A DNA stretch of 64,000 bases from Antedon mediterranea (GCF_964355755.1 NC_092677.1:19242101-19306100), one strand, 5' to 3'. Counted from the first letter of the stretch, positions 49,601-63,445 are shown. Numbers and translations: made by a program. Notes: generated by a model not told the origin, from the letters alone.

Positions 49601-52600
49601 CCAAACTTTATATACCATTGTTGCTAACAATATTCTTTTTGATGATCTTATTCCGCATTTGAGGTAAGTTTTTTATTCTGATATTGCTGGATTGTCCGGC
49701 TTACTTTTCCTTGCCCCCACGACAAATTTGAATTAGTTGAAAATCTAATCATAATTTGATTGTTCACGTGAATGTTAGCAATTGAGTATTTCCTTCAGCA
49801 GAATCAATTAAAAGTTTTTACATCGCTAGACATTTTGACATTTTTTGTGCTTATTAGTTGACACTTGACCTAAAATTTATGTATAGTGAATTTGATTTAT
49901 ATGTGATGACGAGTTATGGAGATATGATTGATAATGAGCCCCTTGGTTTATATTAGCCAGTTGTTCTCATAGGCATATATGCTACTGAATTGGGTTCTTT
50001 TTGCCATCCACAGAGATCTATATTTGTATACACTCCAGATTTTCTGTATGTCAGAACATTTTTTCCTGGATATGACTGTTTTTTTATTTAGATTGTATTT
50101 TATATTCAGTCATTTCTATACAGTTTGTGTTTTCTTTTTTCCAGTCGTGGTTCAGAGATACAACAATGTAGTATAGCCTTGATGAATGCTTTGTTTCTTG
50201 GAGCTCCACCAGAGAGAAAAAAGGTGTGAAATGTTTTAGGTTATGCCATATTTTAGTATTTTATTGCAAGGCACATGCTTCACCGTCTAGAAATCGCTGC
50301 GGGTGCTGTATATACTGGAGAGTGATGGTGTAATGGTAATATCAGACTAGCATGTGATAGGCATAGGTTCGAGGTTATCTGTACCATACTAATTGCATCC
50401 TTAGGCAAGATGCTTTACTCTCATTGCCTCGTCCTTAACTTCGGATGGGATGTAAAGCAGTTGGTCCCGTGTACTTAACAGTGCACGTTAAAGAACTTGG
50501 TACACTATTCGAAAAGAGTAGGGGATAGTCTCCCGGTGTGCTGATCTGGTAGGCGCTGCACTGCTGGCTGCCGTGGGTCCGTGGAGGGCCAATCCGAATT
50601 TCCTCAGTTTCCAGTTAAGCTTGAGGACAAATATAAATACCTTTACCTTTACCTTTTTTTTTTTACCTTCACTGGGAATGATTATTCAGTTTTAGTTGCT
50701 TGACTGTCAATACACATCCTCTGACCCTTTTACACATAAGTTTGAATCAACAATTTAACTCTCAACGTTCAGCAAAACCTGTTATTGAAGTTTCCATTTG
50801 CAAACAAGCTGGCTGCACGTAGGCTTCACAATGTGTCGTCTCTGCTTGACCTTCACCTACAGCAAGCATTCAATCAATCAATCTGATGATGTAGAGACCA
50901 GTCATTAAAAAAGATATAATTATAACATTTTAATTATTCCTTGTTTGCTATAAAAAATGGTAATCGATCCATTTCATCATCCTATTTATTTCCTTGTAAT
51001 CTCAAAGCAAAATTATAATATTCAATGTGAAGTATAAATTGTTATGATATTTCGTATTATAACAAACGGTAATTCTACAAAAAGGGCCTTATAATCGACC
51101 ATGATGTAGCCAGATTCGATGGTCAACGTTGAATAATCAAAGGGCCTTATAATCGACAATGATGTAGCCAGAATCGATGGTCAACGTTGAATAATCAAAG
51201 GTTTGTTTTACGTTCCAGTAACCAAGACATATATTCCTTAGTATTAACAGGTTGAGCGTTGTATAGATATAGTTGAAAACTTTGAATGATCAATCCAAAG
51301 GGGTACTGACAGTACCTGGTTATTATAATATATTTCCACTGATGTCGATCTCTCATGTTTGCTCTTTTTGATGTGTGCAGTCAGTATTAACTTGTATTTT
51401 AAGCTGGCTTAATTATTGGCTTTTATAGGACCATTTTGTAGAATTTACAATTTTTTTAAATGCAATATCAATCTTAATTTTTTGCTTGAAGTTTGAAAAT
51501 GTATACGACTACTGAAATGAAATGTAAACAATTAAAAATCAGTACAACAGACTAAAAGGATATCTCAAAAAGTAAAGTACTTATTTCCATTGGGGTCCAG
51601 AAACACAGAGAAACAAATTGCACAGATTCCTTAAACTAAAAAGAGATTAGATTAAAATTTAAAATCCAAAATATAAAAAACGAATATTTAAAAGATTTAA
51701 AATTTGTATAAAATGCTTTAAAAAAAAAATTTAAAATACAGTGAGTTTAGAGTCTGTTTAAAAGAGGTTATGTTTGACGATTTCTTGATATAAAGAGGAA
51801 TATTGTTCCATGCTTTAATAGCGTTAAAATAAAACGTTTTGTTAGCACATCCTTTAACGATTGGGATACAGAAGTATAGCCATTTTTACATTTCTAGTGT
51901 CCATTTCACAGTCAGCATGTAATCATGATCTTCTATATCAATTTGCCACAAAATCACAGTAGAGGTTCACACAGATAAACAAAAAATTGTGTTAATCACA
52001 CAGGGGGATGTTGTTGCTCTATTTGTCTTGTATTACATATGAAAATATATTCTATATTATTTCTATATAAATTTATTAGCTGTAAACTGAATAATATTAA
52101 ATACATTTATTTTAGAGATTTGAAGATTCTCTTTCTTCGAAAGATGTAAGGATAGCTATCCTTGAGGTAAAGATTTCTTTCACTATTATTATTGACTTAT
52201 GTAAAAAAGTGCATTATATCTTTAGAGATGCCACCTTGTGTATTCACTACTAGGCCTACTATCAAATCAAACAAATCAGTAAATTTGATCTTTGTTGCTC
52301 ATAAATAAATTCAAGAAAGTAGTTCTGTTTCAAACTATGAAACCCGAGTAGGATGTCTGCATGTCCAGCAGAAGAGTTCAGAAAACCAGGTTATAGATGG
52401 AAAAAAAAAAAAAGCTCAAAGATACCAATAAAGAATAGAATAGAAATCAATAATTCAAGATGCTAGTTATAATGAAGATTCAGATGGGTACATTAATAGT
52501 TTTTGAAAGTATTCTTATTTGCAAAATAATAAACATTGTTTTCATTTAAATGCAATATCTTTTTTACATTTAGAAAGTTATTCGTTGTCAACCTAGTGGT

Positions 52601-55600
52601 GGTGAGATGCTTCATCAAATCTATGTCTTTCAGCAGTTGACCTTTAACCTTCTAGAAAAGAAGTTGAACACCCCAGTGGCTGCTAACACAGATGTAAGTC
52701 TTTTAAGTTTTATTTGGTATTACTGTAATTAGAATTTTTGAAGAACATTTATATGGCTGTGTGATTCATTGTAGAACCTTTATTCGCTCTATGTAGGAAT
52801 TAGCACACAGCATTAGTCTGACTCTTTTAGGTATATCAATATGTATTAATGCCATGTTAATATTATTCACATTTTATGTAAAGTGTGGATACACATATTA
52901 TACACACACAGTATGTATCTATGTACATATATTTTATAGGATTATACCAACCGATTTTGAACTTCACTCATGTTTTATACTTTTAGCAATTTGAGCAGCA
53001 ACTAGATCATGTTGATGAGTTGATGAAGATTGCATTTGGGAATTCCACAGACTCAAAAAAGAGTAGCATGTCAGCTTCTAAAAAGCTTGGTTTCCAGGTA
53101 CTCACAAACTACCTATCAAACAATTAATTATTAGGTGCATGTATGATAAAACATGGCCTGCTAAAAGTATTTTAAATAAAAAGGATGATTCAAGTAAAAC
53201 TGTAAAATGGAATCATCTTGAAAGTACTGTATATAAAAATGAAGCCTTAACATTCCTAATAACTTAACACCATTATTAACGTTTTTCCTTAAAATCTGAT
53301 TTTAAGGGAAAACACCACAAAACCAAAGTTACCATGGGGAATGTTGTGGAATACTCCGGATGATCAAATGTTGAAATGATTTTAATGTAATAGTTTTTGC
53401 TGAATTTTCATATTTTAAAATTGTCTAATAATAAAAATCTTCCACTTTTAATATCTCATTGATGAAAATGCAGTCCAGTCAGATGTAGACATACAGTACA
53501 ATGAAGTCCTCTCCATTTATGTAATACTGTCCGTTACATACCTCAGATGTTCAGTTCAAATCCTATATATCATATTCATACCAACACAGATGCAACTGTA
53601 ACTATAATGGTGTTTTTTTTTAGGATTGTGCAAACCCAATCAATGACTTCTTGGTAGCTCCACCTGGTGTCTTGGCTCTCAACTGCATGTACTACTTTGC
53701 TACTATCCACACTGGAAACTACACAAGGGTAAGTCATCTATCTGCGCTCTTTTTGGTTAATTTTTTAGGTTGACTTTGTATCTTGCAGTTTTGGATATTT
53801 GTTTAAAATTACAATAATTACATATTGTAGTTAATTTTGCAAATAATCACCTCATTTGTAACCCTAGAGACCTTTAACAAACTGAATTCTATTGTAAAGT
53901 CTGTTTATATTTCAGTACAAAAAGTTTGTAATAAAAATATGATACAATAACTCTTTATTTTCGTATGCAAGTTTGCAATAAAATAGGATTCTTTTTTAGA
54001 TTGTTCTTGAGAATTCTTGCCGAGGTGATGCCCATGAGTGTCCTTTTGGCAAAACTGGAATTGCTCTGACAAACCTCCTCTGTAGTATACTACATGTTGG
54101 AGAAATGCGTAAGTTTCAAGCTGAGTTTACACTATTTCCTCAATGTTTTAAATTACTGCAAATGGTTGTCTGTATTTTACGAATACAGCCTTGATAGAAT
54201 GCAATCGGTTTAGTCTTCTCAAAGCTATTTGATGAATTTAGTGAGAAGTTGTAGCTTGGTGTTTTTGGTTTACATACTTGGATTTCTGATTATACTAAAA
54301 ACATGTGTATGTGTTCTATGATAGATACCACCTTTTTGTATTCACTATTGGCAATTCTTGACAAGCGATTAATAATAAAACAATTAGTGTTTAAGTTAAG
54401 TTACTGTATATCTCATAAAAGTATAATTTATTTTCTAGCTGATGATAGTTGCCATACTTATCATCCAATGTTCTTTGCTTGTGATAACGCCTTTGAAGAG
54501 TTCTTCTGTATTTGTATACAATTACTGAACAAAACATGGCGTGATATGCGTGCCACTGTTGATGATCTTGATAAGGTAATTTCTTCATTTTTATTTTTTC
54601 CAATGTACAGTAACCTATTAAAATGCTAAAAAGATTTTTTTTAATGTTAAAACATGATAAACGTTGTTTAATGATTTAAATGTGGTCTATCATATTTAAA
54701 GGGAATGTTCACTCTATTGCTAAAACATTTTTATTAATAATAATATAATAATAACTTTGACACCAAAGACAAAGCAAATATTGATTGGTTGTGAAATAAA
54801 TTTTGTTTCTTTAAACTTTTACCTATTGTAATAATTTATTCTTAATTTAATATTTTGAATTTTGAAAATTATTAAAATTACTCAATTTAAAGGCCTGTGT
54901 AAAATTCTATTTAGTATACCCTCAAAATAAAAGATTTTTTTTTTTTGTAAATTGTAAATGTTTTTATTAGAATATCATTTACCATAAAGTTTGTTACTGT
55001 AAAGTGGTGAATTTTTATTTTTTTTTTTTGTATTAATATTTGTCCTCAGTGAGGAAATTCGGATTAGGCCCTCCACGGACCCACGGCAGCCAGCAGTATT
55101 AAAGCATCTTGCCTAAGGATGCAATTAGTATGGTACAGATAACCTCGAACCCATGCCTATCACATGCTAGTCCGATATTACCATTACACCATCACTCTCC
55201 AGTATATACAGCACCCGCCACGATTTCTAGACGGTCTCCCATCCAGAACGCAACCGGGCCCAACGTTGCTTAACTTCGGTGATCTGACGAGAACCGGTGT
55301 TTCAACGCAGTATGGCCGAATATTGTGTTTTATATTTTAAAATAAACAATACATTTTTTTAATAAAGATAAAATTATAGTGTGTATTTAAAGATGCATAA
55401 AGTTAATCATTTCCATAGAAAAAGAACCCAAAAAAATAAATTAAACCATTAAAATCAACGAAAAACCCATTGACTGGCAGCCAATTTGACTATTTTTGGC
55501 TTTAAATTACATTTTTTCAGGTAAATTTTTTTTTATTTGCTATGTGACATTAAAATGGCATATTCAACAAAAACTTGAAAATGGTTCTATGATGGTACCG

Positions 55601-58600
55601 AAATGTCGATGTCTCTTTTTGTCATTAAATTTTATATTGAAATGAAAATTATGTTAAATATTTGAAATAGGGTAAAATATTGACAAACAAAAAATATATT
55701 TTTATCTTGTGCAGGTTCTAAGTGTGGTCAAAGAACAAATTGAATATGCTCTTAAAGAAAAACCCTCCGCTATAGAAAACTTCAAAACTAAGTTGACTGC
55801 CCTTAACTACAATGAAATTCAGAAACGGCGGCAACAAGAGCGATCAATTAAAGAAGAAATAGACTCTCAAGCAGCACCTGTTGTGTAAGAAAAACATACA
55901 GTTTTAATCTTTATTCAATCTGACAAATGTAGGATGAAATAATGTAGGATGAAATAATATAGGATATGATATAGCAGCATATAAAATGATCAAAGTTTTC
56001 AGTGCTTCACTCCACTACACTCCTAATCCACTACCCTATCCTTTTCTGTCAGCAACAATTACCACAAAACATTGACTTTTCAGGTAATATTTATTTTTTC
56101 CTATATTAAAATTGTTATTTTTTATAACACACTGTATTCTTGCAATTTTATTGGTTAATTATGCATCATGTTTCATTTGAAATTAGCCCTTACCTAATGG
56201 AAAAGTGATGAGAATTTTTGCCACGCAACGTTGTTGATTGATCGCATTTAAAATTCAACTTGTTTTGCATGCTGTCTATAACTGTTCTACTCTGAATTGA
56301 AATGGCCTAGCTTCCTGGCCTAGTATCATCAATGATTTACGGTGGACAAATTGAATAAAATTATGAATTTTTGTATTCGTTGAATGGATAGAATATTTCA
56401 TTCGATGAAAAATCAACTATTCTATTTTCAACTCAGCCTCATTAAAAATTGAGCAGTCAATTTTCAACTCGTGAAATATTGTCATCTTCCAACTCATAAA
56501 CATTCATTAATTGTGTAATATTTTAGTGGGGTGTTTTTTTTGCAGTGAACTTCGGAACAAAATTCGTCCAGAAATTATTGATCTTATCAAACAGCAACGT
56601 TTCAAATACTTAATGCAAGGGACTAAAGTGCCAGGCATCAAGGCTAATAGTAAGATAATGTCATAATTGTTATGTCAATGAAATTGTTTATTTAATAATG
56701 ATAGCTTAGAAGCTGTGACGATTCGGCTGTGAGACGATTCTACGAAATGTCTCACTATAGTCCAAACCAATGATTGTTAGTATACATTTTTGGGGTATTT
56801 ATTTATTTTTTTTTTTAACCATATTTTAATGGTTATGATCCATCCAGCTATTGCTGATCATTAGGGACCCTCAGAGCTTCACAAGACAAACATATAATAC
56901 AAGATGCTTTACATAAACAAAACAAAAAAATCCTGACATGTGACGGGACTTAAACCCAGGACCCTTGAAGTGGGAGCCAAGCATCATAACCACCAAGCCA
57001 CAACTCCACTCCAAGTTTTTAAAGGTGTTAAAATAAATTACAAACAAAAACGTAATTTTATGTGCAATTGTTATTTCGAAAACTTTGTTTTTTCGTGCAT
57101 TCTCCAAACAGCCAACAGAGGGCATAGTTTGTTTACATCGTTCAGCCCGCTACCATTGGTGACTAATGTGGTCATCACAGCAGGACATGTATTTGACTGT
57201 TTATATATAAAATTAGTAGTTGTTGTGATTATAATCCAAAAACATCAGTATCACAAATACTTTTTCTAATATAAACTACAGCTAAGGTTGGAATTTAATT
57301 GCCAAGGGAAAACATTATCTCATTTGTGTACATGTTTAAATTTATTGTTTGAATTTTTACTGTTATTTTCAGCCCAGTTTTTCTGTCGTCTCTCACCAAA
57401 CCAAAAGTATGTGCAATATGCAACTGTAGCAGATGACAAGAACATTAATGACCATGAGGATTGGCAATCTAGTAAGTTATCTGTCAATTTCTCACTTCAA
57501 TCCCCATATTTTGGCAGAATCAAATCCTTCTTGTGGCTCATAATCAATAGAGAACAACATAAGTTTTGTTTGTTTTAGACTTTGGTCGCTGTTGGATGAT
57601 GTAAAATAAGATAAAAACATAAAAGGAATGCTTGACCAGAATAATAATATATATCTTCTTTAGTTGAAATCCGAGAAATATCAACATTGGTTGCTGGAGC
57701 TGATATGAAGATTAAAAAAGGAAAACTTGGTTTTGGTATCCAGTGCAATGAAAGAACAGCTGCTATTGAAATATATGTACCACACATACATGCTGTAAGT
57801 AAATATATATTAATGCTACTAAATGTTTTGCGTAGTTTTACGTATCTCCTCCGAAACCACTGAACGGTACATGCTCTCATTTGGCACACTGTTTATTGAG
57901 GGGTCGCACACGACAGGCTTGACACTTGCCTGAATTTTACGAATAAATATTTAAAAAGGCAAAAAACAGCAGTAATGTTTCGCGAGTTGTTACGTCACGT
58001 ATAAACTACACAACCTCCTCTGTTATGTACCGCCATGGCCGGATCTACAAATACCATGCCTGTCTGCTAAAAATAAAAACAATGTTTAGTCTCGGAAGCT
58101 TAAGTTTTAATTAATTACACCTATCCTTTGATCAGAATGATTTTTGTAAATCACGGTTTGGCTCAGTGAGTAAAACTCTGTGACAATTGATATCAATGCT
58201 TATAGTATGTTCGAGTTCGAATCCGTGATATGTGTAAATAATAAGTATCACCGCTTAAAGCAAAAAATCAAAACTAGACCACAATATAATGTAAATACAA
58301 AACTAGCAAAAAAGATACCAATTCTCACACACACAAAAATTCAAAGTATAAAAAAATCATTGAAATAAAAAAAAATGTAAATAAAATGAACACACAAAAA
58401 AAACTAAAAAAAATTAAAACGAATTTAAATGAGTGTTGTGTTTCCACAAAACTACAAATGTCAACGAAAAAGACACCCACAATTTAAAGTATGTGTGCGA
58501 GCGCATCATCTAATTTCGACTACCACACTTTTTGTGTTGATTTCAAAGTCCGTAAGCAGCTGTAGTTTTATTATTTCTTAAAAATTAAATGAATAAAAAT

Positions 58601-61600
58601 GAACACACACAAACAAAACAATTCCAAATGGTTTGATATATTGTTGAACATGAAAACAACTTCACAATTCGTGTTGCCACATCAATGGGTTTTCATTCGA
58701 TTTACATGTCAACCTTAACCTGTCATGCACGTTGTCACTTTCTGATGCGCACCCTAGATTAATATTCACACAGCATAAAGTCCCATATCTAGTATTGCTT
58801 TCATTTTGTAGCTTACAGATATTTAAGAGCCATTGTCTGTAAAAATCAAAGATTTGGTGGCAGATATAAAAAAATGGATTTCTCTCAAATTTTTACCATG
58901 AATAGACATTTCAATAAAAAGCATATCTACAACATTCATTTTAATTTTTAGCCTCCATTGCCATGACAACGGTCAATTATCCAAATTTTGATGTTTTTGC
59001 CATTTTTCACAGATTTTCTATAGTGAAAAAGTACAAACTTGTATACTTATTTTAACCAAAAATACTTACAATATACAGTTTTTGTTTATAGCAGTGTAAA
59101 CAACATGTATTGAGTTCCATTTAATGTAGAAAAAAAAAAATTACAAAATGGAGTTTGGTTGATACCATTATTTTAAAAAGGGGTGTTTTAAAAAAATATT
59201 TTTTTTATAAAAGTATACCTCATAAACGTACCTATAACTTCCAAAGTGGTGTTTTTAAATCAATGAGGTTTTTTAATTTGATAGTCAATAGGTTTTTCAA
59301 CAATAATCACGAAAAAAACACTGGGGTAAATTTCGTACATAGGTTTTGTGTTGCCAGGAAAATACGAAAAATGCAAAAAATATAACAAAATATCAACAAA
59401 CTAAACACATGAAACACAATTTAAATATGGCTAATCCAATAATAAAATGTATATATGGCTTGTCATAATGCTACTAGAGTCATACGAATAGTTTAGATAA
59501 AATAGGAGAATGTGTTGCCAGGTTTATTTCAATTAATTACCAGAAAAACAGTATTTTGCATTGAAATATTTAGTTGATGGAAAATAATGTTAAACTTGGA
59601 AATAATTGAGTCAATGGTTTTTATAAATTTTTAAATCTATTTTGTGTAAAGAGATACAGAAAGACCTCCCAAAAAATCTGACCTTGTAAATAGGTCATTT
59701 GAGGTCAAAAGGGGTCAGAATGCAAAACAGGACAGGTCCCCACTTTACTACAACTATTAATGTTTGATCAAAATTTACAAGATAGTTTATAACAATTCTC
59801 AACAATTTTCATATTTTACCTATAGTGTTACCTTAGCAACCATTTCTATGTGTAACTAAGGAAAGTAAGTTAAAAAAAAAACGTAAAAAATTGCGTTTTT
59901 ATATATACAAAGAATTGATTGCATTTGTACATGTTTCTCAATTTTACTTCTACTGCATTCCATTAATGACAAACTTGACCTTGTAAATTCATTCATTTTG
60001 AGGTCAACATTTTACCATAGTAACTGTTTCTATGCGAAAATTAAAAAAAAATAAGGGGTTTTTCATAAATAAAAAACATTTTTTCTACATAGTTTTACAT
60101 TTCTACTTTTTGCCAAATTTACTTTAAATACTGAATCCTAATAATCTCAGAAAGAAAGTCTTGACGAATCTGAATAAAGGTAAAAAAAAATGACCTTTAG
60201 TGTTATCTTAAACCTGTTTACGTAACAAATGATATTAAAAAAAAAAATTAAATATGGAGTTTCATGAAAAAAAAAAAATTTTACATATTGAGGTCAAATG
60301 ACATCAACATTTTACCTATAGTGTATTATAGCAACTGTTTCTATACGTAACTAAGTACAATATTTTTAATATGGGGTTTCATGACTACAAACAATTGATT
60401 ACATAGCTTTACTACCTTTTCCCAAATTTACTTATCTACTGAATCCCAGAAAATGTCTGACCTTGTGAAAGGGTCATTTTTTGGGTCAAGTTATGTCAAA
60501 ATGTATTATTTATCTTATCTTAGAACCTGTTTCTATGCGTAACTAAGGATAATCGTTTTGTTAAATACAGTTGAACCTCCCGTAAGTGGCCACCCTCGGG
60601 ACCTGAAAAAGTGGCCGCTTACGGTTCTGCCGATAAAGGGCCAAAATCACTTATTATGGCTATATACGATATTCTTAACGAAACGAGCCTCTCAATTTTC
60701 CAGCTAATTGTAGGCATATTATTAATTATAATCAGGTGGTTTGGTATTTTTTAGCATTTTCAGACAAATTTTAAAAACTTTTATCATATGAAAAATGGTC
60801 GGTCAAAATCTGTGTAGTTTTCTCATCTCTTCACAGTAATGTTTTTAAAACCTCTTCAAAATAAAGCTAATATATAAAGAAATACAATAAATATGCACCT
60901 CTAATTCATAGGTCCATGCAATAAGTATCACATTTTTCGATTGGCCGCTTACAAAAAATCTCATTTTTGGTATAAAAAGGTGCTCGCAGCTGCTTACGGT
61001 AAGCACCAAATGCACTAATTAGATAGGAAGAACAAACAGGCTTTTCAAAGTGCGTCCGTTAAGGGAGGTGGCCGCTGTAAATAAAATATGGGGTTTTCAT
61101 GAATAAAAATAATCACAGAAGAAAGTGCTTACGAATATGACCTTGTGAAACGGTAATTTGAAAATGCAAATAAGGCATGCCTGCTAATAATCTACAAATT
61201 TAAATTTGTATGAGATAAATATGCAAAATCTAAAGAATATCTCATTTTTAGTTACCATAGTAACTGTTGCTATGCATAACTAAGGGAGATTAAATAATTA
61301 TCAGATAATTATTAATTAATAATTATTACTGAATCCAACCATCACAGTAAAAAAAATATAGAATTTAAAACCAAAGTGTGATATTTTACATGCTGACCTT
61401 AAATGAAATGAAATTTCAAATCAGGGCTTCAATTTGTTATGTAGCATTAACATACCTGAGTATATCATTGACTTTTGATTGGTTCTATTTTGGGGAGGGG
61501 AAAGTGGTGGATCCAGGACTTTTAAATAGTTAGGTGGTTGAAGGCGAGGGTCTAAAAACTTAACTTTATGTCCTATCTTTTGAATTGCAATTTTTAACTT

Positions 61601-63279
61601 GGGGTGGGTGGGGGCTTGGAGAAAAGGGGGAGGTGGTGGGATGGAGGAGTTTGAATCCATCTATTCATTGGGGCGATAGTAGCGGCAGTGTGGGTGGTGC
61701 TTGAATGCATGCATTTGACACTCTATAGTGGATGATCGACCAAAGTGTTGCAGTTTATCTTTTTGTGGTTATAGTCGGGGTGGGGGTGGGGAGGGGTGGT
61801 AGTCGAAAGTGGTGGTGGATGGGCATGTGGGATCTGCTTAGGTTAGCAAATAAAAGAAGTAAACAAATGAAAGAGGAGCTTCAAAATAAGAGAGGAGTAA
61901 TCTGTTGCAAAGATTAAAATTCACAACGATCTGATAATTTATTCAAATTTCCAGAGGATATAACCTATAAAATGACATTAAAACTGGGTATTACAGAATC
62001 TATAATTAAAAATTAATTTTTTTCTCACAACACAACTAGAACTATATAAACATTAAGAATTTTTCTGACCAATGAGTTTCAAATCAAATAATCAAAGAAA
62101 ATAAAATGTTTTTACTAATATACCATGTTTTTGTTTTTTTATAAAAATGCCTATGTTTCTTGCAACACTGCTTGTAGATTTTAAATTTACCCCAGTATTT
62201 TATTTTAGAAATCAATTATTAAACATTAGAACTACCTATTTGTAATAAATCAGCTAAAAAAATACACCACTTTGGGCGTTATGGTGAAGTAAAGTTTAGT
62301 TGCATTGAACAATTTAAAAAAAGTGAAAAACACCCCTTTTTAAATAAATGGTATCTCCCAAAGTATGAAATAAAAGAAAATAAAAAAATTTTAAACAGGT
62401 ACACAATGCATTGTTATTATGCATACACTAATTATTTTTTATAATTAAATGAACAACACAAAAATATCGTTCATCAAAGTAGTGCCAATATCCATTTTAA
62501 AAAACCTTAAAAAAGGACAAAATTTGTCAAAAACACAAATTTGGCCTTTGCCATGGAAATATACGTGTGAAATAAAAAATACTTCATATTTGATTTCTCT
62601 CAACACATATATAGCCATGTGCAAAATTTGAAAGAAATCCATTTTTTGAGTCTGCCACTCTTTTTGATATTTCTTTGATTCTTACAGACAATGGCTCTTA
62701 AAAATAAAGGAATACTTTGTGTATAACAAAATCAATGGCTGTAATTTTATTCTTGCCAATATTTTTTTTTTTTTTAATAATAATTTGTCAGGGGCCGGGA
62801 AGAGTGCGCTTTTATTATACTTAGTCATTCCATGTGGTCATTACGCATGACAATGAACTGGAGATTGGTTATAAATAGAGTGACACCCAACAAAGTCTGT
62901 AATGGTGCTATCATTTAGGTCAAGCCTGGCAACACTTACTTTTTAGTACAGTTTTTTATATTGTACATTTTTTTTATTATGTATAGTTTACAAGCTTTCT
63001 AGTTTAGTGTTTTTTGGAATACCTTTCATCCTTAATCCTTAATCATAATTAATATACACATTTTATTTTCACTCTAATTTGTAGCTTGACATGTGGTGGG
63101 ATGGAATCAACGCATTACGTGGTCAAGAGATGACTAGCGAGCAGACAAAATCAGACCTTAAAACACTTCTGGGAATGGAAATGAAATTAAGGTTATTAGA
63201 TACTGCCAACATCAAGATACCAGCCGAGAGCCCACCTATTCCACCACCACCATCTAATTATGATTTTTACTATGTCTAA
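46672..63279 (+). CDS. ELMO: Engulfment and cell motility protein (ELMO/CED-12), about 696 aa
   Basis: 18 phase-consistent exons: 46672-46767, 47235-47396, 47725-47891, 48614-48713, 49075-49166, 49601-49663, 50145-50223, 52116-52166, 52574-52693, 52987-53097, 53624-53728, 54000-54108, 54439-54575, 55715-55884, 56546-56649, 57373-57471, 57664-57794, 63085-63279. Motifs [23 protein letters not shown]...[51 protein letters not shown] and MEMKLRLLD...[12 protein letters not shown]. Confidence 0.96.
47992..48580 (-). mobile_element. 3' end of a CR1/L2-group LINE
   Basis: Minus frame (W>stop)[24 protein letters not shown]; 3' UTR GGACCCCATTGGAAATAAGT shared with the copy near 51590; (AATCAAA)n tail. 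Confidence 0.65.
50282..50655 (+). mobile_element. Composite SINE, 5'-truncated copy (5S tail + tRNA-like + CORE-like + Deu domain)
   Basis: A-box TGGTGTAATGG, B-box GGTTCGAGG, TCCTTAGGCAAGATGCTTTACTCTCATTGCCTC, then CTTCGGATGGGATGTAAAGCAGTTGGTCCCG...GCACGTTAAAGAAC...TTCGAAAAGAGTAGGGG, and an (ACCTTT)n tail. Confidence 0.8.
51081..51201. repeat. 58-bp tandem duplication (2 copies)
   Basis: AAAGGGCCTTATAATCGAC...GTCAACGTTGAATAATC occurs twice. Confidence 0.85.
51510..51880 (-). mobile_element. 3' end of a CR1/L2-group LINE
   Basis: Minus frame [38 protein letters not shown]; 3' UTR GGACCCCAATGGAAATAAGT. Confidence 0.7.
55030..55318 (-). mobile_element. Composite SINE with near full-length 5S rRNA-derived head, Deu domain deleted
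   Basis: 55318-55207 reads CGGCCATACTGCGTTGAAACACCGGTTCTCGTCAGATCACCGAAGTTAAGCAACGTTGGGCCCGGTT...GGATGGGAGACCG...GGGTGCTGTA (5S-like); the rest is nearly identical to the 50282-50655 copy. Confidence 0.85.
56805..57007 (-). mobile_element. tRNA-derived SINE (third family)
   Basis: GGAGTTGTGGCTTGGTGGTTATGATGCTTGGCTCCCAC...GGTCCTGGGTTTAAGTCCC head, a short body and an A-rich tail. Confidence 0.6.
58827..62697. mobile_element. Non-autonomous Sola3-like (TTAA, GAG-ended, long-TIR) DNA transposon in the last ELMO intron
   Basis: TTAA|GAGCCATTGTCTGTAAAAATCAAAGA ... TCTTTGATTCTTACAGACAATGGCTC|TTAA; imperfect inverted similarity continues more than 400 bp inward. Confidence 0.8.
60568..61077. mobile_element. 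Tc1/pogo-type MITE nested in the Sola3-like element
   Basis: TA|CAGTTGAACCTCCCGTAAGTGGCCACC ... TAAGGGAGGTGGCCGCTG|TA. Confidence 0.6.
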
Positions 63280-63445
63280 GATCATTTTACCTCTGCTTTT
63301 GCAGAGTATGCTTCTAAGACCAAATTCTTAATTATGTTATTATTCTGTGCAAAAAGCTAGCTTTAGCAGTTGGGTTGCTGTATATAGTATACTATTTTTT
63401 GTTTATATTTGAAAAATAAAAGAACTTCAAGAATTTATTTCTAAC

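Noticed and set aside
55207-55318. Functional 5S rRNA gene
   Set aside because: 5' bases missing, box C region altered, no oligo-T terminator, and it is fused to a SINE body that has a second copy in the window.
56935-57007. tRNA gene (also considered for 510-593 and 50320-50390)
   Set aside because: A/B boxes are present but acceptor and anticodon stems do not pair cleanly, and each continues into a SINE body and tail.
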